A stretch of DNA of 64,000 nt, taken from positions 96,001-160,000 of the forward strand of contig OY970340.1 in assembly GCA_963717465.1 (NCBI GenBank). Reading direction: 5' to 3'. Origin of the DNA: Candidatus Bathyarchaeota archaeon. GTDB lineage: Archaea > Thermoproteota > Bathyarchaeia > Bathyarchaeales > Bathycorpusculaceae. A program made the position numbers and the translations under genes. Under the pieces are notes generated by a model. That model was not told the origin of the DNA and did not search any database. It saw only the letters and a list, made by a program, of their open reading frames with translations. Position 1 is the stretch's first letter. Each line of letters opens with the position of its first letter. This document shows positions 10,912-21,040 of the stretch, one piece after another.

Positions 10912-11517
10912 TTGATTAAAGCCGACTTTCACATTCACACTATATATTCTCCGGATTCACTTGTTCAGCCTAAGACATTAGTCGATATGCTTGTTTCAAA
11001 TAGTTCCATTAAGGTAGCCGCAATTACCGATCATGATTCTGTCAGGGCGTGCAAGATTACAAGGCAGTTAGCTGCGCCATATCCGGATATACTGATTATT
11101 CCAGGAATAGAGGTCAGCACAACAAACGGTGACATGCTTGTTTTAGGTACTGAGGAAGAGCCGCCTACGCCTTGGACGCCGGAAAACGTGATTGATTACG
11201 CAAAATCTATCGGGGCGGTATCAATTGTTGCACATCCTTATAGGTTGTATGGCATGGGTGATAAGGCGAGAAATTTGAAGGTTGACGCTATAGAAGTCCT
11301 TAATGGAGGAACATATCCAGCGGCAAATGAACGAGCTAAGCAGCTTGCTAAAGAAATGAGTTTACCTGGAACAGCTGGAAGTGATGCACATCAAACCTCA
11401 GAATTATTTAGTGTTTATAATCAAGTCCAAGCTTCACTAGATATCGATGACATTTTAGGGGCAATAAAGAAGGGTTTAATATCAACGTACCATTCAAATC
11501 AGTCAATACATTTTTAA
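10912..11517 (+). CDS. PHP-domain metallophosphoesterase
   Basis: DFHIHT, ITDHD, AHP and GSDAH motifs. Confidence 0.9.
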   Translation: MIKADFHIHTIYSPDSLVQPKTLVDMLVSNSSIKVAAITDHDSVRACKITRQLAAPYPDILIIPGIEVSTTNGDMLVLGTEEEPPTPWTPENVIDYAKSIGAVSIVAHPYRLYGMGDKARNLKVDAIEVLNGGTYPAANERAKQLAKEMSLPGTAGSDAHQTSELFSVYNQVQASLDIDDILGAIKKGLISTYHSNQSIHF

Positions 11518-11570
11518 AAGACAACAATTTCATGATTAATCGTGAATCGTAACTTAAGGATTGGTATTGA

Positions 11571-12827
11571 TTGGAGATTGGATTTTTAGGCGGAGCCAGA
11601 GAAGTAGGCAGAATTGGAATAACAGTAAAAACTCAAACTACCCAAGTTGTCTTAGACTACGGAGTGCTGCTTGACAGAGAACCAGGCTTTCCTATGCACA
11701 TACCGCCGAAAGACTTGAACGGCGTAATTCTTACACATAGCCACCTTGACCATTCAGGAGCAATACCAATCTTTTACATCAACGATCAAAAACCATTATA
11801 CACTAATAGACTTAATCTTGAGTTAACACAAATTCTCATCCAAGACTTCATCCACTTATCAAGTTACTATCTGCCATTCGAATATCTTGAGCTACAGACG
11901 ATGATGCGCAACAACAAACATCTGGATTTTGGAGTTGAAGAAGCAATCGGTGACATGAAAGTTAAGCTCTTAAACGCTGGACATACCCCTGGAAGCGCAC
12001 AAATTCTAATCGAAGCTGAAGGCAAAAAAATACTCTATACTGGCGATTACAACATGGAGGATAGCAGACTCTTGCAAGGCGCAACCATGGATTACGGGGA
12101 AGTAGATGCCGTTATCACCGAAAGCACGTATGCAAATGAGGATCACACCCCAAGACAGGACCTTGAAAAAAGATTTGTTCAAAGCGCCACGGATATCGTG
12201 GAAAGAGGAGGAACAGTTCTTGTCCCCGCATTCGGCGTTGGAAGAGCCCAAGAAATTGCCTGCATACTTACAGCCAACCATTTTGAATACCCAATAGTTC
12301 TTGACGGCATGGCACGGGAAGCAAGCCGAATAATCATGAATTACAAAGAATTCCTACGAGATCCCAAACTGTTCGTTAACGCAATGCATTCAGTAGAATG
12401 GGTTGAAGGCTGGAGAGACAGGCGAAGAGCCCTCAAAAATCCAAGTGTAATAATTTCTCCAGCAGGCATGCTAAAAGGCGGACCATCATCATTCTACATT
12501 TCGAAGGTAGGAAAAAAAGCGAATAATGCAGTTTTCCTAGTCAGTTATCAAATCCCAGGAACCCCTGGAAAAGAATTAATGGAGAAAGGAGTATGTACGA
12601 TTGATGGCAAAGTACGCAAAGTTAAAGCACACTACGAGCATTTTGATTTCTCTTCCCATTGCGGAGCAAGCCAACTTAAAGAGGGATTACAAAAACTGAA
12701 AGGCAAACCAAAAGTCTTCGTTGTCCACGGCGCTGAACACAACTGTGAACTCTTTGCGAACTGGGCAAAAACAGACCTTGGATTAGATGCTGTGGCACCG
12801 AGAACAGGCGAAACTTACAAAGTATAG
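11571..12827 (+). CDS. Metallo-beta-lactamase beta-CASP ribonuclease
   Basis: GGAREVGR, THSHLDHSG, AGHTPGS, FSSH and VHG motifs. Confidence 0.9.
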   Translation: MEIGFLGGAREVGRIGITVKTQTTQVVLDYGVLLDREPGFPMHIPPKDLNGVILTHSHLDHSGAIPIFYINDQKPLYTNRLNLELTQILIQDFIHLSSYYLPFEYLELQTMMRNNKHLDFGVEEAIGDMKVKLLNAGHTPGSAQILIEAEGKKILYTGDYNMEDSRLLQGATMDYGEVDAVITESTYANEDHTPRQDLEKRFVQSATDIVERGGTVLVPAFGVGRAQEIACILTANHFEYPIVLDGMAREASRIIMNYKEFLRDPKLFVNAMHSVEWVEGWRDRRRALKNPSVIISPAGMLKGGPSSFYISKVGKKANNAVFLVSYQIPGTPGKELMEKGVCTIDGKVRKVKAHYEHFDFSSHCGASQLKEGLQKLKGKPKVFVVHGAEHNCELFANWAKTDLGLDAVAPRTGETYKV

Positions 12828-12836
12828 GTTAAAATA

Positions 12837-13389
12837 ATGAAAATTGGAATTTTACCCGTTAAACAAATTGATCCTAACGTTTTAGTTGAGATTCAAAAAG
12901 GTTTAGTTAAAGTGTTTCCTGACACTTCCTGCACCGTTATCAATGATGTCTTTGCCTCTGGAAGAAACCTCATTTGATAAAAAACGTAATCAATACAATT
13001 CCAGTTCTATTCTTGAAGAATTAAGAAACTACTGCATAAAAAAAGCTGATTGCAACTGCGTACTTGGTTTAGTCGACAAAGATATTTTCGTGCCAGAACT
13101 TAATTACGTGTTCGGATTAGCCCATAATCCTGGGAATGCCGCTTTAATTTCTCTTCATCGCCTAAAACCAGAATTCTACGGTGAAACCGTCAACCATGAA
13201 CTTTACATTAATAGAGCATTGAAAGAAGCCGTGCATGAAATCGGGCACACCTTAGGCTTAGCACACTGCAGAAACAAAAGTTGTGTCATGCACTTCTCTA
13301 ATTCCATTTTTGACACAGATATAAAACAAAGCTTATTCTGTGACCAATGCGAATTAAAAGCGGCTGTAGCAATTAACAATTTAGGGTAA
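12837..13389 (+). CDS. amzA: Archaemetzincin (M54 Zn metalloprotease), +1 frameshift near 12951
   Basis: HEIGHTLGLAHC...CVMHFSNS...FCDQC motif. The N-terminus MKIGILPV lies in another frame. Confidence 0.9.
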
Positions 13390-13393
13390 TACT

Positions 13394-14224
13394 TTGACTG
13401 AAAAGTTTCAAGCTCATCTGGTTTATCTTGTTCCTGTACTTGCAAGTTTATCGGTCGGATTAGCATGCGCCTACTTACTTTGGTCCTCGTCAATTCAAAC
13501 TTTAGCTATAACTCCTTTCACTGAAAACTCCGCTGCTGGATCATTTAGCAACGCCTTCTATTTTCTAATAGCCGTCGCTTTGGGAGGAGCCTTCTTTTAC
13601 TTCTTAATTAGACGGAAAAAAGAAAGGATACTCAAAACAGTAATTGCTTTTGCCCTAACAACTGCTTCTTTACTCTTATCGATTGTTTATTTATCAGCAC
13701 TTTTTGCCTTCTTTCCAAACATTCCCTATCCAGATTTATTGTTAATTTCAATTTCAATATTAATTACCATCCTATTTGACTTAGCCATTTTCCGTTTAGG
13801 AAGCAAAGCAAGAAACACCGCAGTAATCTGCATCGGAGGAGCATTAGGCATGTTCTTTGGAGCCTCAATCCCACTATTCAGCGCTGTGTTAATCCTCGCC
13901 TTTCTAGCAATATACGATATATACGCCGTTTACCGTGGACCCGTAGGAAAAATTGCAAAATCCGGAATTGATGAGCTTAACGGTTTAACCTTCTCCTTCA
14001 AAGATATCCAAATGGGTCTTGGAGACTTAGCATTCTATTCAATGCTAACCGGAGCAATACTCTTCAACTATGATGTAATACCATGCATAATCTCAATCGT
14101 AGGCATTTTAGCAGGAGCATACTTAACCTTCAAGATGCTTGAAAAAAAAGGAATCTTTCCAGGATTACCATTCCCAATATTTCTTGGATTAGCAGCAGGA
14201 ATACTTACTGCACTAATCATCTAG
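13394..14224 (+). CDS. Presenilin/A22 intramembrane aspartyl protease
   Basis: YD, MGLGD and PGL motifs; multiple TM helices. Confidence 0.85.
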   Translation: MTEKFQAHLVYLVPVLASLSVGLACAYLLWSSSIQTLAITPFTENSAAGSFSNAFYFLIAVALGGAFFYFLIRRKKERILKTVIAFALTTASLLLSIVYLSALFAFFPNIPYPDLLLISISILITILFDLAIFRLGSKARNTAVICIGGALGMFFGASIPLFSAVLILAFLAIYDIYAVYRGPVGKIAKSGIDELNGLTFSFKDIQMGLGDLAFYSMLTGAILFNYDVIPCIISIVGILAGAYLTFKMLEKKGIFPGLPFPIFLGLAAGILTALII

Positions 14225-14358
14225 TCTTCCTCAAAAGCGCACTAAAGAAACTGTTTTTTCAAACCGACTAACAGGATAATGGAAATCGATGAAAAACAAG
14301 AGACAAAAACACTGAAATAGCAAATTAGCTCATAAGTTAGCAAAATTGTGATGATCCC

Positions 14359-14697
14359 TTGACGAAAGTTAAAATCGATCCTGGCGTATGCCAATTTGTT
14401 GCAGTAGTCAATGTCGAGAAAAAGACGCCGAAAGAGCTTGAAATAAACATTGAATCGCAATGCCCAAACATCGGAGCTTTTAAGGAAGCAATCAAAACTA
14501 TCCAGATAGCAGATGCGGTTAATAGGCCAAAGGCAAATCTTATACTTAAGAAAGCTGCAGAATCGTTGCCTCACTCTGACTGCCCTATTCCGATAGGAAT
14601 AATAAAGGCGTGCATGGTGGAAATTCATTTTGCTATAAAAAGGGATGCAAAAGTAGAATTCATAACGGAAGATAAACAAGCAAGCGAGCAAAAATAA
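14359..14697 (+). CDS. Small conserved Cys-containing protein (DUF6951-like)
   Basis: IDPGVC...SQCPNI...HSDCPIP pattern. Confidence 0.55.
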   Translation: MTKVKIDPGVCQFVAVVNVEKKTPKELEINIESQCPNIGAFKEAIKTIQIADAVNRPKANLILKKAAESLPHSDCPIPIGIIKACMVEIHFAIKRDAKVEFITEDKQASEQK

Positions 14698-14796
14698 GGG
14701 CTTCTTTCCAATTATTTTCGAACATCAGTGATTATTAAACATCAGTCACAAGACTTTTTCTTAAACACAAAAACTACTAGTTAATCGAGGCCATTT

Positions 14797-15159
14797 ATGT
14801 CAATAATTGCGAATACCGAAGACATCAATTGGAACTATAGAAAGCTGGATGAAAGGTTGGTTCGAATAAAAGCTACAAATGTTCGTGATAGTAAAGCAGT
14901 TGCAGTTGATGTTTTAACCAATATACCGATTACTTTTGATTTTTCAAAAGATATCCAGTTGGAATTTTTGGAACTAGACAAAGAATATTATGTTAACTTG
15001 GAGGTTTTTACTTCAGCAAACCTTAACGATGTTGGAAAAGATTTCATCGAGTTTTTCGAGGAAGCTGATGTTGACCAAAACATGGAAGATTTCATTAAGG
15101 CATACTTGTTTTACCCAGACAAGATAAGGTTTGAAGCAGTTGCGATTGAACCAGCCTAA
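14797..15159 (+). CDS. Hypothetical acidic protein
   Basis: 120-aa ORF with an RBS-like gagg upstream. Confidence 0.55.
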   Translation: MSIIANTEDINWNYRKLDERLVRIKATNVRDSKAVAVDVLTNIPITFDFSKDIQLEFLELDKEYYVNLEVFTSANLNDVGKDFIEFFEEADVDQNMEDFIKAYLFYPDKIRFEAVAIEPA

Positions 15160-15161
15160 GC

Positions 15162-16067
15162 TTATTTTAACACCATGTTAACGAATTTTTCTGGGTTAAA
15201 CAACTCTAAATCCTTGTATGTTTGACCAACACCGATAAACAATATTGGTTTTTGAGTGATGTAGGTGACACTTAAGGCTGAACCTCCTTTGACGTCAGCG
15301 TCAACTTTTGTTAAAATTGTAGCGTCAACGCCTATAGCCTTGTTGAATTCTTCGGCTTGCATTACTGCATCGTTTCCGATTAGGGAATCAATTGTTAGAA
15401 CAGTTAAATCTGGATTTACGACACGTTTTACCTTGACCAGTTCATTCATTAAGTTCTGATTTGTTTGCATTCTGCCAGCAGTATCGATTAAAACAACATT
15501 TACTCCATGAGCTTTAGCATGACTGATAGCATCAAACGCCACTGCAGCTGGATCAGCACCATAAGAATGCTTAATGACTCTTACGCCTAACCGTTTAGCA
15601 TGCTCTTCCAATTGTTCAATGGAACCAGCACGGTACGTGTCGCTACCAGCGAACACGGAAGAATAACCTTTATCTCTTAAAAACTGAGCAACCTTCGCAA
15701 TAGTAGTTGTTTTTCCAGTTCCATTGATTCCTACAAACAACATCACAAACGGTTCATTCTTCTTGCGCTTCTCATCAATTAGCTTTAGTAATTCAATCTT
15801 GCTGTTTGTAAGCATAACTTCCAAGAGAACTTTCCTAAGGTTTTCTTCGACAATTTGTTTGCGATCTTCTAAACGTTTAACTTGAACACCCGTTAAACGC
15901 TTCTCAAGCTCATCGCATATTTTGTCCGCTACTGGAAAAGCAACATCATTTTCTGCAAGATTCATTTTAAAATCCGCTAAAAGCGGTCGAAGGCTTTCAG
16001 GTTTAAGTTCAGTAGTTGTTACTTTAGTTACTAAACCCTTGAACCCTGACTTTAGCTTCTCAAACAT
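15162..16067 (-). CDS. ftsY: SRP receptor FtsY
   Basis: GINGTGKTTT, DTYRAG, DTAGR and TKVD motifs. Confidence 0.97.
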   Translation of the reverse strand: MFEKLKSGFKGLVTKVTTTELKPESLRPLLADFKMNLAENDVAFPVADKICDELEKRLTGVQVKRLEDRKQIVEENLRKVLLEVMLTNSKIELLKLIDEKRKKNEPFVMLFVGINGTGKTTTIAKVAQFLRDKGYSSVFAGSDTYRAGSIEQLEEHAKRLGVRVIKHSYGADPAAVAFDAISHAKAHGVNVVLIDTAGRMQTNQNLMNELVKVKRVVNPDLTVLTIDSLIGNDAVMQAEEFNKAIGVDATILTKVDADVKGGSALSVTYITQKPILFIGVGQTYKDLELFNPEKFVNMVLK

Positions 16068-16071
16068 CGGC

Positions 16072-16518
16072 TTAAGGGTTCCCTTCTGCCTCGCCAGCGC
16101 CAGTAAGGTAACTCTGAAGCGTTCTTCTTCCTTGGTTAATCCTTTCAGCCACTTGGGTAAACTGCTGTTGAGAGCTTACAAATGCTTTCTGCATCTGCTC
16201 TAAACGTTCTTTAAAAATTGCCTTTGTTTCCTGCACAGTCCTCTCCACAGACACACCAGCTCCTATTCCCACGATGACCTTGTCTGGATCTGCAAGTTTC
16301 ATCTTAACGTAAGAGCTACTGCCGATTGGAACAAGCATTTCCGCATTTTCTTTTTCTTTTTCCATTCCCTCTAAAGCGGCGCTTGCAAAAGTCAAATTAG
16401 AAATAGCAGCTTGAAGCATACCCATACGCTGTTGCAAAGCCTCAGCCGTTTGTTCCAAATAATCTAATTGCACGCTGAGATTTTGAAGGTCTTGTTGAGG
16501 ATTACGATTTTGTTCCAA
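16072..16518 (-). CDS. pfdA: Prefoldin alpha subunit
   Basis: LVPIGSSSYV...VIVGIGAGVSVE between coiled coils; conserved operon position. Confidence 0.95.
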   Translation of the reverse strand: MEQNRNPQQDLQNLSVQLDYLEQTAEALQQRMGMLQAAISNLTFASAALEGMEKEKENAEMLVPIGSSSYVKMKLADPDKVIVGIGAGVSVERTVQETKAIFKERLEQMQKAFVSSQQQFTQVAERINQGRRTLQSYLTGAGEAEGNP

Positions 16519-16521
16519 AAT

Positions 16522-16749
16522 TTATTCCCCACTAACAATTTTTTTCAAAACTGCATTTTCAATCTTCTCTGCAGGCACTTCTTCAACACTCGCAATTTTA
16601 ATGTGGAACCTTTTCACGCGGTGCCTGCTACCTATTTCCGCATATACTTTCTCTACGGCATGATCACTTTTGTCAGCCAATATTTCCTTAGCAAACGGTG
16701 TTCTCAAGTTTGGCTTGTTGATCTCTCCAGTTACTTTGAAAACCTTCAA
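16522..16749 (-). CDS. rpl18a: 50S ribosomal protein L18Ae/LX
   Basis: KVFKVTG...EKVYAEIGSRHRVKR; exact start uncertain. Confidence 0.9.
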   Translation of the reverse strand: MKVFKVTGEINKPNLRTPFAKEILADKSDHAVEKVYAEIGSRHRVKRFHIKIASVEEVPAEKIENAVLKKIVSGE

Positions 16750-16750
16750 T

Positions 16751-17431
16751 TCACTCGACTTCCTGCACAACATCCATTGCATTCCCAATTATAAACATCT
16801 CGGGTCCAGTTGTCATAGAACCAGCTACCGCTGCATGAGTATTAGCGATCAAGCCTGTACCGACATAGGGTACACCGCAGTTCACTGTTCCAACATCAAC
16901 AGGGACTTTGAATACGTTTTGTAAAGTCTCTTTTTCCGCATCTTTTAGAAGGGGATGAGCTAAAACGCCCTTATTTGTCGCCACAGCTAAAGATCCAACG
17001 TATGGTAACTCAGCAATTGTTGTTGGAACAACTTCAACGCAGAGAGTTTCAGCGATCAGGTTAACATCAGGTGATTTTAAGCGTGGATCACAAACGGCTC
17101 CGTTATCATTGGCTAAAACAAGGTTTCCATAAGCTGTCTTTTTTGTTTCCATAATAGTTATGTTACCTTTAAAACAAGATTTTATTTGACTCAATTCTTC
17201 CTCTCGAATTAAGCTTGGAAGAACAATTCCTTTAGAGTTTGCACAAGCCAACGCTCCCGCGAGAACTGAGCCGCTGATAGAAGTGTAAATGAGTTCGACT
17301 TTTAACCAATCAGCGATTTCCTGAGCCTTTTCCAAGGGCACCATGCGTGGGATGATTACAAACTTTTCAGTAGCCAATGAATAAACACCTATACTTGCGC
17401 TTCCAACTATGCTTGATAAGTAAACAGCCAA
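16751..17431 (-). CDS. eif6: Translation initiation factor 6
   Basis: GNLVLANDNGA and GTVNCGVPYVGTG motifs. Confidence 0.95.
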   Translation of the reverse strand: MAVYLSSIVGSASIGVYSLATEKFVIIPRMVPLEKAQEIADWLKVELIYTSISGSVLAGALACANSKGIVLPSLIREEELSQIKSCFKGNITIMETKKTAYGNLVLANDNGAVCDPRLKSPDVNLIAETLCVEVVPTTIAELPYVGSLAVATNKGVLAHPLLKDAEKETLQNVFKVPVDVGTVNCGVPYVGTGLIANTHAAVAGSMTTGPEMFIIGNAMDVVQEVE

Positions 17432-17570
17432 AATTATTCTTCCCTTAAAGAGACTCTAATTGAAAAAGTTTCACGCAAACTCCTTTTTTTAGATTGTGGT
17501 TCTTAAATGCCCCGAATGAACGCGAACAGAAATTCAAAAATTCTCAGCAAAAAGGTGCGAAATTAGAAAT

Positions 17571-18071
17571 TTATGTTTCGGCTAAATAAACGGTGATGTT
17601 GCCATCTTTATCTTTAGTAGCACGCACACGAATCTTTCTTGGAGGTTTCTCTATTCCTTTGCTCCAAATTTTTTCGTTAACTTCTTTGCTTATCGAAAGC
17701 TGAGGCAGTTCTTCCTCGTCTTCAGAGGGTTTTATGTCAAGCTTCATGTGCTTGATAATGAAGGCTTTAACCAGTTGCATTGCTCTTGGAGAACGCTTCT
17801 TCGGCGGCCTAACTAAAGCTTTTTGCAATGGAATAGTATAAACTCGCTCTTCAACGATTTCTTCCTCTTTCTTCTTTTTCTTCACCGTTTCTACTTTTTC
17901 TTCTGCTTCCTCTTTCTCTTCAGCTACAGGCTGCTCCTCAACTTTTTCCACTTCTTTTGAAGATTCTTCCTTGACTTCTTCCTTGCTTTCTTCGTCTTCT
18001 GTTAAGGCAGGCAGTTCTTCTTCCTCTACTTCTTCTACTGGTTTCTTACTGTTTTTGCTTTGTTTCGCCAT
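17571..18071 (-). CDS. rpl31e: 50S ribosomal protein L31e with long acidic N-terminal extension
   Basis: ERVYTIPL...VNEKIWSKGIEKPPRKIRVR. Confidence 0.95.
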   Translation of the reverse strand: MAKQSKNSKKPVEEVEEEELPALTEDEESKEEVKEESSKEVEKVEEQPVAEEKEEAEEKVETVKKKKKEEEIVEERVYTIPLQKALVRPPKKRSPRAMQLVKAFIIKHMKLDIKPSEDEEELPQLSISKEVNEKIWSKGIEKPPRKIRVRATKDKDGNITVYLAET

Positions 18072-18085
18072 TCGTCCTTACTCTC

Positions 18086-18244
18086 CTAAGCTTTTATTTT
18101 ACGAGTTCGCCAATTTCGTCTCTGTTTAGGGTTATTTCTTACTTTACCATCAGTTCTCGAAATTACCCATGTTGGAACAGAAGACTTTTCTTTAGTAGCT
18201 TTAGCAAGTCTACGTTTTTTTGCTGTAGGTTTAACTCGTGCCAT
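18086..18244 (-). CDS. rpl39e: 50S ribosomal protein L39e (absent from ORF track)
   Basis: Manual translation: MARVKPTAKKRRLAKATKEKSSVPTWVISRTDGKVRNNPKQRRNWRTRKIKA. Confidence 0.95.
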   Translation of the reverse strand: MARVKPTAKKRRLAKATKEKSSVPTWVISRTDGKVRNNPKQRRNWRTRKIKA

Positions 18245-18249
18245 TACTT

Positions 18250-18576
18250 TCAAATCCTTGTAATTTTTGTTTCTCGTTTCCGAGATTGAAGCGAAATTAA
18301 TATTTGTTTAAGTTGTGAATCGTTCAAAGGCGTAGGTAACTTTCCAGATTGAGCCATCTGAATCAATTGAAGCTCAATTTGATCCACAAAATCAGCTTTG
18401 ACCATCTTTAAATTATTTAGTCTCTGTCGTGCTTCATCGGTGAGGATTTGCTTTAGCAGGGCCTGTTTTTGAGCTTCAATTTGTTCTGATTGGGCTTGCT
18501 TCTCCTCATCGCCTGCTCGGTTCTGCATCGCCATAAGTTTTTTCTTTCGAATTTGCTCAAGTTCGTCATCAGACAT
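18250..18576 (-). CDS. PDCD5-like DNA-binding protein
   Basis: DELEQIRKKK...ILTDEARQRLNNLKMVK; conserved position after rps19e. Confidence 0.9.
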   Translation of the reverse strand: MSDDELEQIRKKKLMAMQNRAGDEEKQAQSEQIEAQKQALLKQILTDEARQRLNNLKMVKADFVDQIELQLIQMAQSGKLPTPLNDSQLKQILISLQSRKRETKITRI

Positions 18577-18581
18577 TGTAT

Positions 18582-19046
18582 CTATTCGCCTTGATATTTC
18601 TTGAGTTCAGGGATAGTCTTAACTATTTCCTTATTTAAATCTCCAGCAATTTCTTGGAGAAGCTTGCGTCCTTTAGGTGTCATTATTTTTCCTTGAGGTC
18701 TTGCAGTTTGAACTAATCCTGCTGCTTCAAGCTGCTGAAGAACCTTTCGAATGTTGTTACCGCCAGCTTTTATGGCATGTGAACGTTTTACGCCGAAGTT
18801 CTTTCTTCCCCCATAGTCTGCACGAAGCTTCTCAAGTCCAATCGGACCATGAATGTAAACCTTACGAAGCACTGAAGCACTGCGAACATACCACCAATTG
18901 GGGTTTTGAGGCTGCTTCTCAACATGCATACCTGTTTTGGCAACACTTGCCCATGAAGGAGGCTGAACTTCATCGATGTTTTCCTTCAAGTATTTTGCTA
19001 GCCTATCAATAAATTTTGATGCTGGAACGTCATAAGGAGTTGTCAA
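18582..19046 (-). CDS. rps19e: 30S ribosomal protein S19e
   Basis: WWYVRSASVLRK and LQQLEAAGLV motifs. Confidence 0.97.
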   Translation of the reverse strand: MTTPYDVPASKFIDRLAKYLKENIDEVQPPSWASVAKTGMHVEKQPQNPNWWYVRSASVLRKVYIHGPIGLEKLRADYGGRKNFGVKRSHAIKAGGNNIRKVLQQLEAAGLVQTARPQGKIMTPKGRKLLQEIAGDLNKEIVKTIPELKKYQGE

Positions 19047-19284
19047 GATGCTCTTGTCTCTTTTTTTGTTTTACCTTGCAGTAAAAACATGAAGCCCTAA
19101 TATAAATATTCTCTGAGACGAAAACTCAGTTATGTAAGATCGAATTTTTCTCTAATAAGATCTAAAAACAAAAGACAAGTGGAAAATAATATTAAATTTG
19201 GTTAAAGGCATGTTTTCTTCAGTTTTGTAAGCGCTCCTAATACAAGCATCTTATCGATATTCGACGATTTCAGTGATTTTATAA

Positions 19285-20748
19285 TTATTCGATTCGTCTA
19301 ACTTGGCGTTTGGCTATTGCACTAAAGCTTTTATAGAAGCTACGTAAGACGCCTCCGTACCATCGCTCATCAAAGGACATACCGATTAAATTGTCTACCC
19401 AGCGAAAGTCATGTTCTGCGCATTGGAACATAAGTTTTACATGAAGATCGTTGAGTTTTGTATCGTTGAACCAGTTTTCACTGCGGAATCTGCCCAATGG
19501 AACGAAATACAATGGAACAATAAGGCTGCGGTAGTCTTTGATGTCATCCAAAAGCTCCATCGTTTTAATGATGTCTTCCTCACGTTCTTCTGGTAATCCT
19601 AAAATTAATGTTGCTGCAGGTACTAACTTGTTATCATGCATTAATCCCAATCCAGTATGGACAACTTCCTTCCAATTCTCAGCCTTGAATGGATGCGCTT
19701 TTGCAGGCATAATTTTTTTGGCAATTTCAGGAGAGCCTGTCTCTATACCTATTTCTACGCCCCACCATGATTGTTTTTGAAGAATTATCTCTGATAATTT
19801 GGCGAAAAGTTTTGGATTAGCTGCAACAGCAGCTAAAGAACAATGGCTCCAACTTATTTGTTGACAGCCTTTGATTGCATCAGTATGTAACTGTATAAGT
19901 TTTTTTTCGTCAGGGATAGTATTGTTTGAACCGTACAGCATAACATCTTCGGCGTGAAGGCACGCGCCTTTGACTTTGCCTGATTTTAAATTAACATTTA
20001 TTTCCCGCTTCACTTTTTCAACAGGGTACCACCTTAGCGGCCTTAGCGTAACGTTACAGAATTTGCAGCCTCTGCAACACCCCCGACCAATTTCAACTAA
20101 GCCATTAACTGAGGGCTGAGTTATGTCAGGTATTTGATCAATTGTAGGAGCTTCACCTATGTCAACCTTGTAGTGTTTGGGCAGTTCTTGCCCTTCGATT
20201 GCGGCTTTGAAGATTTTTCCAACTATATTTTCAGATTCGCCCTCAATAATGCAGTCAATTCCGGCTTTTCTAACAAAGTTTTCCCTGTATGGAAACTGCC
20301 ATACTCCAGGGCCACCAACAATGATTTTTAATCCATTCTTTTTGGCCTGTCTAATAGCCGGATTACTTAGTAGTCCCTCGAAATGCTGAGCTAAAAAGGG
20401 CTTTTTCTTAAGAACCGAAGCAAGAGTACTAGACGCTGGGCCTAATCCAAATGGATCCATGGTATGAATACCAAGCACTTTTGTATCGTTTAGAAACTTA
20501 CTTAGGTATCTTGGATCTACCGTGTTAACATCAAAGCCGTCCTTTAATAGTTGGGCTTCAGTTTTCCGAAGTCCGTATGGCGCTGTTTCTGGATGCCCAT
20601 GGCTTGTCTTGAGAGGTGGGAAAAAAAGATAACTAAATATAAAATCTGGTATAAAATTTGGAGGAGCACAGGTTCCAAACCCTAAGAATTCATTGTGATG
20701 ATAATTGCTCATTAAAGTTCTATCTGCTGTAAGAAGCACCTTATCCAT
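19285..20748 (-). CDS. B12-binding radical SAM protein, GDGT ring synthase (GrsA/B)-like family
   Basis: CCRGCKFC radical SAM motif. The N-terminal LTADR...APYGLRK...MDPFGL pattern is recalled from Grs-family proteins. Confidence 0.65.
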   Translation of the reverse strand: MDKVLLTADRTLMSNYHHNEFLGFGTCAPPNFIPDFIFSYLFFPPLKTSHGHPETAPYGLRKTEAQLLKDGFDVNTVDPRYLSKFLNDTKVLGIHTMDPFGLGPASSTLASVLKKKPFLAQHFEGLLSNPAIRQAKKNGLKIIVGGPGVWQFPYRENFVRKAGIDCIIEGESENIVGKIFKAAIEGQELPKHYKVDIGEAPTIDQIPDITQPSVNGLVEIGRGCCRGCKFCNVTLRPLRWYPVEKVKREINVNLKSGKVKGACLHAEDVMLYGSNNTIPDEKKLIQLHTDAIKGCQQISWSHCSLAAVAANPKLFAKLSEIILQKQSWWGVEIGIETGSPEIAKKIMPAKAHPFKAENWKEVVHTGLGLMHDNKLVPAATLILGLPEEREEDIIKTMELLDDIKDYRSLIVPLYFVPLGRFRSENWFNDTKLNDLHVKLMFQCAEHDFRWVDNLIGMSFDERWYGGVLRSFYKSFSAIAKRQVRRIE

Positions 20749-21040
20749 TTCTTAAGCCTCTCCCCGTATGCTTTGACGAAAATTCTCCGAAATTTGTCTT
20801 TCTAATGAGGGTTTGTCTGAGATATAACTTTATCGTCGCTATTCTGCTTGTATTGCAGGTATTTAACCGCTTGAAACTTTCAGCCGGTTGTCATAGCAAC
20901 TAAATTGTTCTAATGCATGCTTTTTCAAAGTGTTTTTGCTTAGAAAATTACTTGACTAGAAAAATTTTGCTTTTCTCGTATTATGCATCTTATTTCAAAA
21001 CTCTAAAATGGCTAAATTAAAAAATTGGGGGGTTTTGAGT

